NCBI GenBank assembly: GCA_943704425.1
Contig: CALSCP010002399.1
Span: 1-64,000 of the forward strand
Direction: 5' to 3'
Source: Ministeria vibrans ATCC 50519
Taxonomy: Eukaryota > Protista > Filasterea
DNA: 64,000 nucleotides
Shown: piece by piece, positions 11,338 to 25,771 of the stretch
Layout of the letters: each line of letters starts with the position of its first letter
How positions within the stretch are numbered: the stretch's first letter is position 1
Translations under genes and position numbers: made by a program
Notes under the pieces: model-generated
The model's input: the letters and a program-made list of their open reading frames with translations, nothing else
Databases searched by the model: none
Told to the model about the DNA's origin: nothing

Positions 11338-14300
11338 TTAGAGAGCAAGGAGATCGTCATCGTCGTCATCCATGAGATTCGCCAAATCAGTTCCACTGCC
11401 GAGGGTTGTATATGCCACAGCGTAGCCCGACGATGACAACCTGCCCGAGTCCCGCTTGCACAGCGCACAGCACACATTGTTTGCAATCGCCCTAGACATA
11501 CAGTGGTCTCATCTCGCATACTCACTTTCTCTTTCTCCCAATGACATTTTCTTACCTCCCTCTCTTGGTGCGCATCACCAGCACCACCGCAATCACAAGG
11601 ATAATCACAATGATGACAGCTGCAGTCGTGCCTCCGTGGTGACTGCCACCACTCCCATGCGGTGCGGGAATCTGGCCCTGGTGCCCGCACACGACAGCCG
11701 AGCGCCACTCAAACACATACTCACAGGTGGGTGTTACATAGAGCAGTGTGGGCGCTCCGTTACCGGCACTGTTGTCGCACACAAACGAAATGAGCGACGA
11801 TGACGACTCGCCGGTCGTACTGCAGTGTTTGCCTCCCGACCCATACGTCATGGTCACTTGGCCCTCGGCAACCTCGGGCGCCCCGTTGCTTGTACCCAGG
11901 TGCGTCTGATGCGTCACGTCACACACTCCTGCGCCGGCACACGCTGCAGGCACTCCCTCGCTCGTCGTACCCACGCTGCCACACACATTCACCAGGTACA
12001 CCGTGCCGTCCTCGTCGCGCACGCTGTAGGCCGAGCCACCTGTACGACGCAGCGGTGTCAGGTCGTGGTAGGTGTTGAAGAGCGGATCGGACACGCGACA
12101 GTCGCTGCCCACGTTGGTACGGACACTCGACGGACACACGACACTCGTGAGCCAGACAAACTCCGACGTGCACTCAGTCGAGAGGTCCAACGAGTAGACG
12201 GGATTGCCAAGGCCGCTGGCGTGGCACTTGAAATGAATCACCGTCGAGTGCACTGAATCGCCCCGACACACCACGCCGTGCGAATATGTCAGCGTGTACT
12301 CGTTGTTGTTCTTGTTGGCCTGAACCTCCGCCGTGGCCAGCCCAAGCGACGTCGCCACGCCCATGGTCGAGCCACTCGAGCTGCTTGGGGGTGTCACCAC
12401 GCACGCGCCCGCCTGCGGTGGACAGCCCGATATGCCATGTACCGGCTCGCACACATTCAGGTAGTACGACGCGTGGTGCGACTCGCTTGTCGCCGTCCAT
12501 GCACCGACGCGGCTCAGCAGCGACAGGTCATAGGTCACGTGAGACACGGGGTCCGCAACAGTACACGAGCCTGTCACGAGCGCCGTCGGACACACCAACG
12601 ACGTGAGCACTGTCAACTCGTAGAAGCAGTTGTTCTCGTTCGACACAGACGAAATGTGACCTTCTTGGTTGCCCTTGGTGTCGCAGCGGAATCGAATTAT
12701 CGTTGTCTTGTCCGTGTGACCACCGCCGTTGCACATGTCACCCTGTGTGTACGTCAGCGTCGGCATGCTGCCCTCCAACAGAAGCTGGCCATTCCCTACA
12801 CCCAGACTCGTGCTCGTGCCGTCCGACTGGGTCAGACACAGACCCACCGAAGGGTCTTTGCACTTGTTCGTTGCCATTCCGCCGCATATGTTAAACTCAA
12901 GGGAGCCGCCACTGACGGCCTGCGAGTAGAAGGCGCCTACTGTACGCTCCATGGACGACAGGTCAAAGGGCACACCCGTATGCGGGTTGGTCACCATGCA
13001 GTTGCCAGGGGGCGACGGTGCGGCGGTGGTCGAAGGCTCCAAAGCAGCGTCCGTGCACGCCGCCGATGTTTCCCACACAAACACATCCTGGCACAGTGCG
13101 GCGTTGCTCTGTTGAAACTCGGGGTGTCCCAGTGAGTCGCGACGACACGTCAGAAACACAACAGCAGTGCGCGCCAATGTCACCGTGCCCAGCTTGCATG
13201 GACTGCCGTGCGTGTACGACAGGAGCACTGCACCGTTGCGCACATGCGGCGGATTCGCCACACCCAGAGACACGGGTGACTGTGTCTTGTCCAGCGGCTG
13301 TTGGCACAGCGCCGTGCCACTCGGACATGTGCTTGTCGTGCCCACAAGTGCATGACACACGTTCAATTCGAAGCGAGACATGCCGTCTCCGCCGGTCACA
13401 ACCCAGTTGCCTTGGCTCGGGCTGCGCATCAGCGACGTCAGGTCATAGACAAGACCCGTCGACGAGTCCGTCACGGAACAGTCAATGGGCGTGTCGTCGC
13501 CGTCGTCGGAGCCCGGCGCACAAGCATAGGACGTGCGCCACTCAAATGAGTAAGTACAGTCCGCCTGCTCTTCGACAAAGCTCAGCATACCTCCCTTCGC
13601 CTTGGCGGCTGCCGAGCGGTCACATACAAAGTTAATCAATGTGCTGCGCTTGTAAGTGCCGTCGTGACACGCCTCGCCATTTTTGTAGGTGAGCGACAGA
13701 CGTCCGCCCGTCGCAAACGATGGGTCTTCATTTGAAGCACCCAGCGAGTGGTACACCAGCTTGCCCGAGTCGTCGGTAAAACGTTGACAGGCACCCGCCG
13801 TCGCGTCGCCACAGTTGTCGCCCGTTGCACTCTGTGGCAAGTGTCCGCACACGGCCACCTCGTAGGTGTACTTGCCCACGACGACGCTCGCCACGGGGGA
13901 CAAATCTTCCAGCGGCGACAGGTCGTACACATTGCCGGTTGCGTCGGAGACGCGACAACGTTGACCTTGCGTCGGCGCCTTGACAGCGCACGCAGCCGAC
14001 GACGCCCACTCGAAGAAGTACTCGCACGCGTCTGTTCGCTCGACAAAGACTGGCTCGCCCAGGGCGCCCGTCTGACAGGTGAACAAAATAGTGGTTTTGC
14101 GACCGGCCGGACAACCATCACTGGTGTCACCACCCGTCTTGTACTGCACCATAAGGCCGCCGTTCTCGTTAAGCTCGGGCGACGCAGCCTTGCCCATACC
14201 ATGCGTCTGTGCCTTGGACGGCATGTTCTCGCACGCAGCTGCAAACGGTGGACACGTTTTCGCGGTGCCCGTCGTCACGCTGCTCAGCGGCTGACACACC

Positions 14301-17300
14301 GCCAGGTAGAAGGCAGTGTCGGTGTGCGAGTAGCCCTTGGCGAGCCAATTGGTGCCATCGTGACGCATGAGCGGCGACAAGTCGTATGTATCGCCAGTGT
14401 GCGTGTTGGCCACGGTGCAGGGCACTTCGCTGGTCGCTGTGCAGGTGTAAGGGGAGGCCCACTCGAAGAGGTAGCCACAGTCGTCGGTCTCCTTGACAAA
14501 GCTTGGCTTGCCCACGCCCGTCACCGTGGCGTCACACGGGAACGTAATGGTGACGCGGCGACCCGTGCCCGTGTGATGGCACACCTCACCATCAACGTAG
14601 TCAAGCTGGACGACGCCGTCGACGACGCGGGGTGCGGCACTCCACAAGCCAATGTTGTGGCGAAAGGACAACGGGTCGCTAGTGGAGATGAAGGGCGGCA
14701 GCTGACACGCGCCGGCTTCAAGTGCGTTCTTCCCCTCGCCACAAGCACCTTTCTTGACAGCACCACACACATGTAGCTGGTACGTGTAGTCCTTCGTGAA
14801 AACGGTGGCGTCCGCAAACGACAAGGGTGACAAATCGTAGTGAAAGCCCGAGATACGATCGACAACGGTACAATCGCCAGCGCCGTGCGACGGCACCACC
14901 TCGGTGGGTTCAGGACCGGGCGCGTTGTCGTTGCACGCCACAGAAGAAGCCCACTCAAATTGATACTGACACTCGGATGTCTCGCGCACAAATTCGGGTT
15001 CACCCAAAGTGCCACGCTCGCAAGTGAACGTCACGAGAGCCGAGCGTTTGAACGCACCATTGTGGCACGAATCGCCCAGGTCGTACTCGAGAGTAAGCAC
15101 ACCACCTGCATTGACCATGGGCGCCGCAGGCACACCCAGCGTCTTGCCCTTGAACGTTGCGTCCGTGGGGTTGAGCTGGCAAGCGGCTGCCTGAGCCGAA
15201 CAGAGCGTTGTGCCAGGTGTACGCACCACGGGCTGACACACGTTAAGTTGGTACTCGTAGTCGTTTGTGCCATCTCGTGCGCCGCTCACCACCCAGTTGT
15301 TCTCGGAGCGCACTAATGGTGTGAGGTCGTAGCGGAAGCCCGAGGTGGGATCGGTAGCGGCGCACTCAATAGCCGCAGCACCCGGCACGCACGCCAGCTC
15401 GGTGGCCCACTCGAACACATAGGTGCAGTCTGCCTTCTCCTCGACAAACTTGGGAGCGCCACGACCCGCTTCACGATTACACGAAAAGGTGATGACCGTG
15501 CTGCGCTCGTAAGTATCATCGTGGCACTTGGCGCCCCCTGTGTAGACCATGGTAAAAAGTCCGTCGACAAGCGACACCTTGGCATTGGCGATGCCGATGT
15601 TCTTGGGCGTAAACTTGGGATCGGTAGGCTTTGACTGACAGGCACCCGAGTGAACCGCACTCGCGGCCGTACCGCATTCCGAGGCAAGTGCCTGGGCGCA
15701 CGGCCGCACATAGTACGTGTAGTCACCACTGCTGACGGCAAACGTTTCGTTAGAAAGTGAGGAAAAGTCATAAGTGATGGCGGACAACGAGTCGGTGACG
15801 GTACAGGCGGAACCGATGTCGTCGACGATAGGGCAGGCTGCGGAGGTGCGCCACTCAAACTGGTACTGACAGTCGATCTCGTCGACAAAAGTGGGCACGC
15901 CAAGCGAACCCTTGTTGCACTGAAACTGGATAAACACAGAGCGATTATGGGCGTTTGCAGAGCCCACATGGCACGGCTGACCCAAGTCGTACTCGAGCAC
16001 GATGCTGCCGTCGCGGTACGAGGGGGACGCAGGCAAGCCCATGTTGACACCAAACTTTGGATCGTTGGGTTTGGTCTGGCAGGCACCGACGCCCGACGGG
16101 CAGGCTGTCGAGGTGCCTTCCGCATTCACGGGAGCGCACACGTTCAATTGGTAGGTGTAGTCGCCGGCGGTCACTTGCCAGTTGTCGGTGGTCTTGGTGA
16201 GTGCCGAGAGGTCAGCATCACCTACACCTGGCACGGACACCACACAATTGAGGTTAGTTTCGACGGAGCAGACGAGCGACGTTTTCCACTCAAAGGCATA
16301 GGCGCAGCCCGAAGCCTCCTCGACGAACGATGGCTGACCCTTGCCGGCACTAGGGTCACACGTGAATGTAATCACAGTTGAGCGCAAGGAGCCGTCGTGG
16401 CACTTGTCGCCGCCTGCGTACGTCAACTGGACCACACCGTGGTTATAGGTGAGGGTGCCAGCGGTCGCGGGTACCACACCCATGCTTCGATGGTACGTGG
16501 CGGCGGGCGTGTTCTTTTTCAGTTGACACGCGGCGGTAGTAGCGCTGCCACATTCGGCGGCCGCCTTGACAACGCCACACACGGCCAGGTGGTACTCATA
16601 CTGGTTAGTACCGCTCGTCACGGGCACCACATAGTCGGTCGAGGAACGGAGCGACTCGAGACTGAACATTTCGTTGGTTGTAGGGTTGCGCACGGTGCAT
16701 GTCATACTGCCCGGCTGTGCAGGAGGTGTGGACGGAGAGGGACCAGCAGGATGCAGTTGGTCGTCCCGACAGGCGAGGGCGGTCGCCCACACAAACTCAT
16801 ACGAGCAGTAGGCGGTTTCCTCGACAAACGCTGGGTGTCCCAGACCCACATCGGCATCGCACGTAAACGAAATGGTGGTGGTGCGCGGTACATGTGCATG
16901 CGAGCAGTTCTGCCCACCCACATACTGCAGCTCAAGCACGCCATCCGAGTTGAAGTGCGGTGCGGTCACAACATGACCCAATGCCTTGTCGTGGAACGAC
17001 GCTTCGCTCGGTTTAGTCTGACACGCAGCTGTGTAGGCCGGACACGATGTTCCTTTGGCCACAATCGGGCGACACACGTTGATCAGGTACTCATACTACA
17101 AGAAAAAACAATAATAATAATAATTTTAATAATAATAATAACAATAATAATAATGATAATAATAATAATAATGATAACAATAAAATAAGGGAATATCTTA
17201 CTGCGTCACCGTTGGTCGCGACGGTTGGCACGACCCAGTTTGAAGTAGTGCGTGACAGAGCAGTGAGGTCAAACTGGTTGCCCTTCGAGTCGGTGGCCAT

Positions 17301-20031
17301 ACACTCGACGGACGCTTGGCCCGAACAGGCGTAGCTGGATGGCCACACAAACGAGTAGGAGCATGTGTCCTCGCCGACAAACTGCGGCTTGCCTACACCC
17401 GCATTCTGATCGCAGGTGAAGAGAACCGTTGTCGAGCGAATGGTGCCGTCGTGGCACTTGTCGCCATTAGAGTAGACAAGCGACAGCGTGCCGTCCTTGT
17501 AAGTGAGCGCCGAGGAACCACTGCCAAGGGATTTGCCGCCAAAAGTCGCGTCGTTTGTCTTGCTCTGACACACTGCCGAGCCTGCCGTACACGGTGCGGG
17601 AGTAGCCAACGAGTCACAGGCACGCAGCGCATAGGTGTAGTCGCCGACCACAACAGACTGGTCGCCAGCTGCACCGAGAGGTGTCAGGTCAAAGTCGACG
17701 CCAGCTGATGCGTCGGACACGGCACAATTGGAGCCCGTGTCGTGGCCTGTGCCGCCACCGTCACCCGAGGACACACACGCAACCGACGAACGCCAGAGAA
17801 AAAAGTACTGGCACGACGCCTCGCGCACAAAGACAGGTTCGCCAATTTCGCCCGGGAGACACTCAAATTCGACGAGCACGGTGCGATTGCCGGTGTGACA
17901 AGGATCGCCAAGGTCGTAGTGCAGCTCGAGTTTGCCCGAGATCGGGTCGACAAGAGGCGCAGCAGGAAGACCAAGGCCATGGCCGCGCACCTCGGGCTTG
18001 GTCTTGTCAAGTTGACAGGCGCTCACACCGAGAGGACAGTACAGGCTCGGCATGGGCGCGAGCGCGTCGCAGACGGACAGAAAGTAGCGGTATTTGTCCT
18101 GGTCTGAGTCGGTGCCCGAGGCGTCCGAAGCGCGTCCAGCCTCCCAGTTGCTCTTGGCGTCGGAGAGCGGCGACAGATCGTAGACATGGCCCGTCTTGGG
18201 GTCGGTGGCGGTGCACTCGATGGGGTTGGCGACGGGCGGGGTGGTGGTGCCGGGAGTGACGGAGCACACGAGCGAAGTGGGCCAGCGCACGAGGTAGGAG
18301 CAGTCGTCGCCTTCGCCAAGAAACTCGGGAGCTTTTTGGCCACCGCCCGTGGAGGAGTCGCAGGTAAAAAGAATCACAAAGCGACGAAGCTTGTTGTTGT
18401 GGTGGCAGAGGTCACCGTTAATGTAGTTGAGGGTGACACTTCCGTCGTCAAAGGACGGCGACGCATTCCACAGGCCTGCGACCTTGGCCGCGTTGGTCTT
18501 CGTGTTCACCTGACATGCGCCCAGGGTACCGGCAGAGGCTGCGAGCGAATCGTGGCAAGGAGCGTCGGCGGCGTCGGCGGCGAGAGGGCCACACAGCGAG
18601 AAGTGGTAGTCGGCGCCACCCTTGGCGTCGTGCACGACAATGTCGGACGAGGTGCCGGCCGACGAGGGAGGCACAAGGTCTGCCAAGTTGATGACACGCT
18701 TTGAGACGGGGTCGGTGACGGAGCAGCGAGCGCCCGTGGTTGCCTTGATGGGACAGGCTGCGCTTGTGGCCCACAGGAACACATACTGACAGCTGTCGGT
18801 TTCACGGATGAATTTGGGCACACCGAGGGAACCCGGGTCGCATGTGAAAGTAATAAGCGTGGTACGTGTCGCCTGTGACGTGGAACCCACGTGGCAAGGC
18901 TCACCATGATCGTAGAGGAGCGAGAGTGTGCCGGACGCGAGGATCTTGGGCACATACTCGACGTGGCCTAACGGTTTGGACTGAAACTTGGGATCCGATG
19001 GCTTGGCCTGACACGCACCCACAGTTGAGCTACAGCCCATGTTGGGAATGGGCACAAGACCACGACACACGTTGATGTAGTACTGGTAGGTCGAGGGCGT
19101 GTTGGAACCGCTGTCATCCACGGCGAGCCAGTTTGTCACCGAATTGGTCAGAGGCGACAGGTCGTATTGTTCACCGGAGGTCGCATCGGTGGCACGACAC
19201 ACGTTGTCGATGTTCTCCGTGGGCTTGGCGCACGCGTAGTTGGTGCGCCACTCAAAGGCGTACGTACAGTCCTCTTCAGCCACAAAGATGGGTTCGCCAA
19301 TGTGGCCGGGATCGCACACAAAGAGGATGTAGGTGGATCGCTCGACGCCCGACTTGCACTGCGTCCCATGGGTGTACGTGAGGACCAGGTTGCCGTTGTC
19401 ATCGATGGTCGGTTGCGCGGCGTCACCCAAATCATAATCCTTGTCACCGGTTTTCTGACAGACACCCGACTTGGCCAGACAGTTGAGCTGCAGCAAAGAG
19501 AGAGGGAGAGGAAGACAGAGAGGAGGCCTGGTCAGTGCGCGGGCGCGGCGCATGCAAACCAAGAGCGACGGATTGCGTAGCGGCTTTTCGAATAAAGTGG
19601 GGAATTTTTTTCGTGTGTGTCAGAACTGGCGTTCTCTTTCGAAAACCCCGCCGAAGTTTCTCCAGAACCACAATAATACATCATCATTAAGTGCAATGGC
19701 AGAAGACGAGGGAAAAGCAAGGCGCGCAAACAGGCAGTCACACGATTATTCTTTTTTTTTTTTCTTGTTTTCTCTCTCTCTCTCTCTCACACACACACAA
19801 AGACAGAAGACGTACGTCGGTGTTGGCCTGGTTGAGCGGCGCACACACATTCATGTAGTACTTGAAGGCGCTGTCCTGGCGCGCGTCTTCGACAATCCAG
19901 TTCCCAGTGGTCTTGCGCAGGGGCGACAGGTCGTACGCGATGTTCGTCTTGGCGTCCGTCACCGAGCACGCTGGCGCCGCTGCCGACGCGCCCCAGACCA
20001 GGCACAGAGCGATCAACGCAAAGGGGGTCAT
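11338..20031 (-). CDS. IGF2R: Cation-independent mannose-6-phosphate receptor-like type I membrane protein: 17 MRH repeats, about 2700 aa, 4 coding exons
   Basis: Signal peptide MTPFALIALCLVWGASA; 17 repeats of C-x..YDLSPL..Y.LNVC..ACQ..L.Y..G..C..R.T.I.F.C..C.Y.FEW....C; TM AAVIIVIILVIAVVLVM; tail exon 11491-11338 ending DDDDDDLLAL*. Confidence 0.93.
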
Positions 20032-20159
20032 TCTGGAGAACCGAGAAACAAATGAAGGGACAGAAGGTTATTAGGACTTTTAACTTTTGATTCACTCAAA
20101 GATCAATAGTGACTTTCTCACGACTTAATACTTATTCACTCATCTTCGTTCAAATCTTC

Positions 20160-21064
<905 letters not shown>

Positions 21065-21151
21065 ATCATCAGCGAGAGACATACGACATACATGCAGAGA
21101 GAGAGAGAAATAAGAGAGAGCTGTAAACCAAACGAAAAAAAAATATTTTAT

Positions 21152-23103
21152 TCATTTGAAGGACTGAAGACCAGTGACGCCCCGTCCGATAATGAGACCG
21201 TGGATGTCGTGCGTTCCCTCGTACGTGTTCACCTACACGCAATTGTTTCATATAAAACAGAGTTACTACATTGTAAACTTGTGGTGGTTGTGTCGTTGTG
21301 CCGCATACCGTTTCGAGATTAAGCATATGGCGGACAATATGGAACTCATCGACAATGCCATTTCCACCCAACTACACATATACTGTAAGGTTGGACAGAA
21401 AAAAAAAAGAAGATATATGCACGCAATGCAAGACGGGTACCATGTCGCGGCAAAGGCGGGCGACGTCAAGAGCCTTCCCGCACGAGTTGCGCTTAACCAT
21501 TGAGACCATCTCGGGCTCCAGCAGTCCTTGCTCCTTAAGCCGCCCCACCTGGATCGCCCCGACCAGCGCAAACGCAAGCTCGCTCACACTGTCTGCCAAC
21601 TTCTTTTGGATCAGTTGATTCGCTGCCAGTGGCTTGCCAAACTGCTTTCGGTCAATGGTGTACTGTCGCGCAACCTACACGAAGCAAGTCATCGGCACAC
21701 ACTATAAGAAAAATTATGCTCTATATAAAATATTATGAACCTCAACACAGTGCTCTCCGGCACCCAACGCGCCAAAGGCAATGCCAAAGCGGGCCGAGTT
21801 CAGGCAGGAGAAGGGGCCGGCAAGGCCGCGTGCGCCTGGCAGCATGCGGTCCTTGTGCACGCGCACCTCGTCCATGCTGATCCCGCCCGTCGGCGACGCA
21901 CGCAGCGAGAACTTTCCCTTGATCTCGGGTGTCGTCAGCCCTTCCTGACCACGCTCCAGGATGAAGCCACACACCCGTCCATTCTCCGCCTGGTTGCGTG
22001 CCCACACGATCATGACGTCGGCAACAGGTGCATTGGTGATCCACAGCTTGCTTCCGTTGAGCACGTAGTAGTCACCGTCCAGGCGTGCTTTGGTCTCCAT
22101 CCCCGCTGGGTCGCTCCCGTGATTCGGTTCAGTAAGCCTAGAAGAGAAAAAAAAAGAAAGAGAGAAAGGCTGAGAAGAGCGAGGGATCAAGTGTGTGTGT
22201 GTGTGTGTGTGAGTAGTGTTTGTGCGCGTGTGTCTGAGTGCAGTGTACATGTAGATCAGGTCAATGCCGTGACATTGACTCTGACACATACGTACTTCTC
22301 TTACCCAAAGCATCCAATGAGGTCGCCATCGGCCATTTTCGGCAGGTACGTTTGCTTCTGCTCCTCACTGCCAAACTCGTTGATAGGATGCATTACAAGC
22401 GACGACTGCACACTCGCAGCGCTACGGTAACTCGAGTCCACGCGTTCGATTTCACGGGCAATCAGACCGTATGTGACGGGACTCACACCGGGGCAGCCGT
22501 ACCCACTGATCGTCGCACCTACATCCAAACAAACGAATGCAATAAGAAATCGTAGTGTGTTGTGTCACGCTCGTCGCAAGTGCCATACCAAGCATGCCCA
22601 TGGAACCCATCTCCTTCATGACGGGACGCACTTCAGCGGCGTCTTCGTTCCGCCAGGCCTGCACAATGCGAGGCGCCAGCTTGGTGTCGCAGTACTGTCG
22701 CACCGTGTCGCGCACAGCGCGCTCGTCTGCCTGCGCGGGAAGCAAGGGAGTCAGAGCCAACACACATGCACACGCCGCGCACGCAGCCGACGCGTCTGCG
22801 CAGCAGCAGCAGCCGCTCAGAGCGGGTTTGGGGCGATGGAACGTGCGTGGGATGAGCGCCGAAACGACACTCCATCGTGTGAAACACCTACCGTCAACAG
22901 AGTGTCACTGTTCAGCGGGTCGTCCCATCGAAACCTACACAGGGAGGCGGCAAGGGTCAAGGCAACACGTCCGGCGTCATCGATCGATGACGTTCGATTG
23001 GTGGGTTTCTTTGGTACGATGATTTAGAACTGGTGGACGACAATGACCGGGCAATGACCGCCCTCGTGACGGTGCGTAGAGACATCACCGATGATTGCAT
23101 CAT
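21152..23103 (-). CDS. GCDH: Glutaryl-CoA dehydrogenase, mitochondrial
   Basis: Presequence [16 protein letters not shown]; FRWDDPL; ERVDSSYRS; [10 protein letters not shown]; [12 protein letters not shown]; [15 protein letters not shown]; [11 protein letters not shown]. Confidence 0.97.
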
Positions 23104-23394
23104 GGTAAAGCAAACGTAAAATAATAATAATAATTTATATTTCTAATTTCCGATCTCCGAATGACCGAATTCCCGTCCTGTTGTAATGAGTAAATTGAAT
23201 ACCGGTTGATCGCACTTCCAAACTCCAAATAAGAGTCGTCCTGGGCTAAGCACTCTTTTGTTCAAATTTCGCTTCATGGTTCTGAGCTGTTGTGGATCTG
23301 TTTGTGGCGTCGCTTGGTGTTGTCGCTTCGTTGTGATTTGACTTTTTCTTCTTCTTCAAAATCATTCATTAATTAAAGGGTTGTCTTCATTTAT

Positions 23395-23716
23395 TTATTG
23401 CGTTCGCCGAATGAGACCGTGCTCACTGAGAGCGGCCAAACACTTGGCGGCCGATTCTTTGACGGCGGGCTCTTCCTGAGGGTTGGCAAACACAGCTGTG
23501 ACCACCTCGAGTGCGTCGTCTTTGTTCATGAACTGGACAAACAAAAGCACAAAAAATTAGACAGGTCGTCTCCTCTCTTTGCTCCTCTACCTGCTCGGCA
23601 AGCTCACGCGAGTGACGCAACAGATTCTGAATGACATGCAGAGCACGCACCTTGAGCTCCTTCTCACGCACAAGCATCTCCTTGAGAATCTGCACTGCTT
23701 GTTCGTGCGCCAGCAT
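23395..23716 (-). CDS. Last two exons of an UNC-45 (UCS-domain) myosin chaperone-like gene; remainder missing
   Basis: MLAHEQAVQILKEMLVREKELKVRALHVIQNLLRHSRELAEQ|FMNKDDALEVVTAVFANPQEEPAVKESAAKCLAALSEHGLIRRTQ* parallels the UNC-45 C-terminus (ELQHRG..V.NM..SREIA..LM..A..CL....EYGLI). Confidence 0.7.
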
Positions 23717-23754
23717 CTAACAGAACAGCCAAGAGGAGTGAGAGAGGAGAACAG

Positions 23755-23786
<32 letters not shown>

Positions 23787-23795
23787 AAAAAAAAA
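23755..23795. repeat. Poly(A) run
   Basis: About 30 A, GG, then further A. Confidence 0.98.
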
Positions 23796-24503
23796 GCTAA
23801 TGCGAAAAAAAGAGAGCTGATGGGGCGAAAGGTAGCAAGCTAGAAACCCCTTACGAGACAAGAGATCGGCAGGGCGCGTGCCGAAGGAGCGGGCGATTGC
23901 GTGAAACGAGCGGTTTTTCAAATGGAAAGAAAAAAACGAGCTGATAAAATCGAATGGGAGAGGATAGGCGCACATGCTGCGGGGCAAGGGCTTGAGCACG
24001 GCACCCGGATGGGGTGCGTGGGGTACGGGTGCGACTGGGACACCTGTGCGTTTGACATGACGACAAGAAACGTCTGCTGCTCTTTTTTTTTCTCCCCTTT
24101 GAAAGTGGTCTAGCGCCGGAGTGGAGGGCGGGTGCGTCCATGCGCGCAGCCAAGGTTGCAGCGGGGCCCGGGGAGCGGGCGGTGGGGCCGGCAGAAGCGC
24201 GGCAGGGCGCCGAGGAGCATGGGAGCGGGCGAGTGACAGATGGGAGGAGCATGAGACGGTACCTGAAGGATAGAACGCGCAAAGGAGGCCGACGAAAGCA
24301 GCTCAGGAGTCTGAGACGCGGTTTCACAGCCACAAAACGAAAGTCAAAAGTTTGGTCTTTGATAGTTTGATTCGTTAATAAATCGTTCCGTCTGTGCTTA
24401 TGCGACAAAGTGATCGAGAAATCAATTTGCAATCAATCAGCATTCTCTTCCCTCCTTCCCTTCCCGAGCCCCGTCAACTTGCTTGAGGCACTCGGGGAAG
24501 ACT

Positions 24504-25729
24504 ATGTTTGGAAGATCGTTAACGCCGGCTGCAGCAGGTGAGGAGAGAGAGAGGAGAGAGAGAGATTGAGAGAGAGGATTCCGTTTTCTGTCCCACACCT
24601 CGTCAGGGGTTTCCCGTTCTCTCAGCTCACTCACCCGTGTCGTCTGTCCTTGTGACGCTGGAGCTCTTTTGTTGTTGTTTGCTTTTTTTTTTTTTTTTTG
24701 AAGCATTCAGAAATGGTTCGTTTGGGCTTTTTTTTTTCACGTCTTCGTTTTGCGCTCTTGTCGTGTTCTCAGCTCACCCTTTACCATTGTTTCTCTGTGC
24801 AGCGGTTCGTTCTGCGCGATTCTTACACTCGGCCCCGAAAGCGCTTGCGGCTGTGCCCGCTAAGGAGCCCGAACAGGTTGAGGTTTTCGTCGACGGGCAA
24901 AGTGTCAAAGTTGCGCCTGGCTCGTCGATTTTACTGGTAAGCCCGCGGTTTTCGTCTGCGCTGTGTGTTGTCCCGATCTCTTTACTCCTATGGCGCGCTT
25001 CTGCTGTTGATTTCGAGCCAGGTTTTATGGGGTTTTAACGTCACTTTGAAAAAAAAAAACGCGTTTGCTCTCTTGGCACTCTCTTATGGCTCACATCTAC
25101 TCATTCTCTCTCTCACTCTCACACTCTCTTTTTTCTAGGCATGCGAGAAGGTTGGCGTTGAGATACCTCGATTCTGCTACCACGAGCGCCTTGCCATTGC
25201 CGGCAACTGTCGCATGTGTCTGGTGGAGGTGGAGAAGTCGCCGAAGCCTGTGGCGTCGTGTGCGATGCCTGTGATGCCTGGCATGAAAATCAAGACCAAC
25301 ACGCCCATCGCAAAGAAGGCGCGTGAAGGTGTGATGGAGTTTCTCCTTGTAAACCATCCTCTTGACTGTCCCATTTGCGATCAGGTGCACAACTATTATC
25401 AAATGTAATATTATTAATAATGTTTCATTCTTCATTTGTTAGGCTGGCGAGTGTGATTTGCAGGATCAGTCGATGGGCTTTGGCAGCGATCGATCGCGCT
25501 TTGTGGACAACGTGTTCTCAGGCAAGCGTGCGGTGGAGGACAAGAACATTGGACCGCTGGTGAAGACGGTGATGACGCGCTGCATCCACTGCACGCGATG
25601 TGTGCGGTTTGGCGCGGACATTGCGGGCGTGGAGACGCTGGGCACGACGGGCCGTGGCTCAGACATGCAGGTATGTTAGAGAGTACGAGAGGGAGTAAGA
25701 GACGTGTGTGCCTTTGTGGTGTGTGTTGT

Positions 25730-25771
<42 letters not shown>

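Noticed and set aside
6292-19580. Many long antisense and alternate-frame ORFs over ATP7 and CI-MPR
   Set aside because: These are the expected shadows of GC-rich coding sequence and show no motifs.
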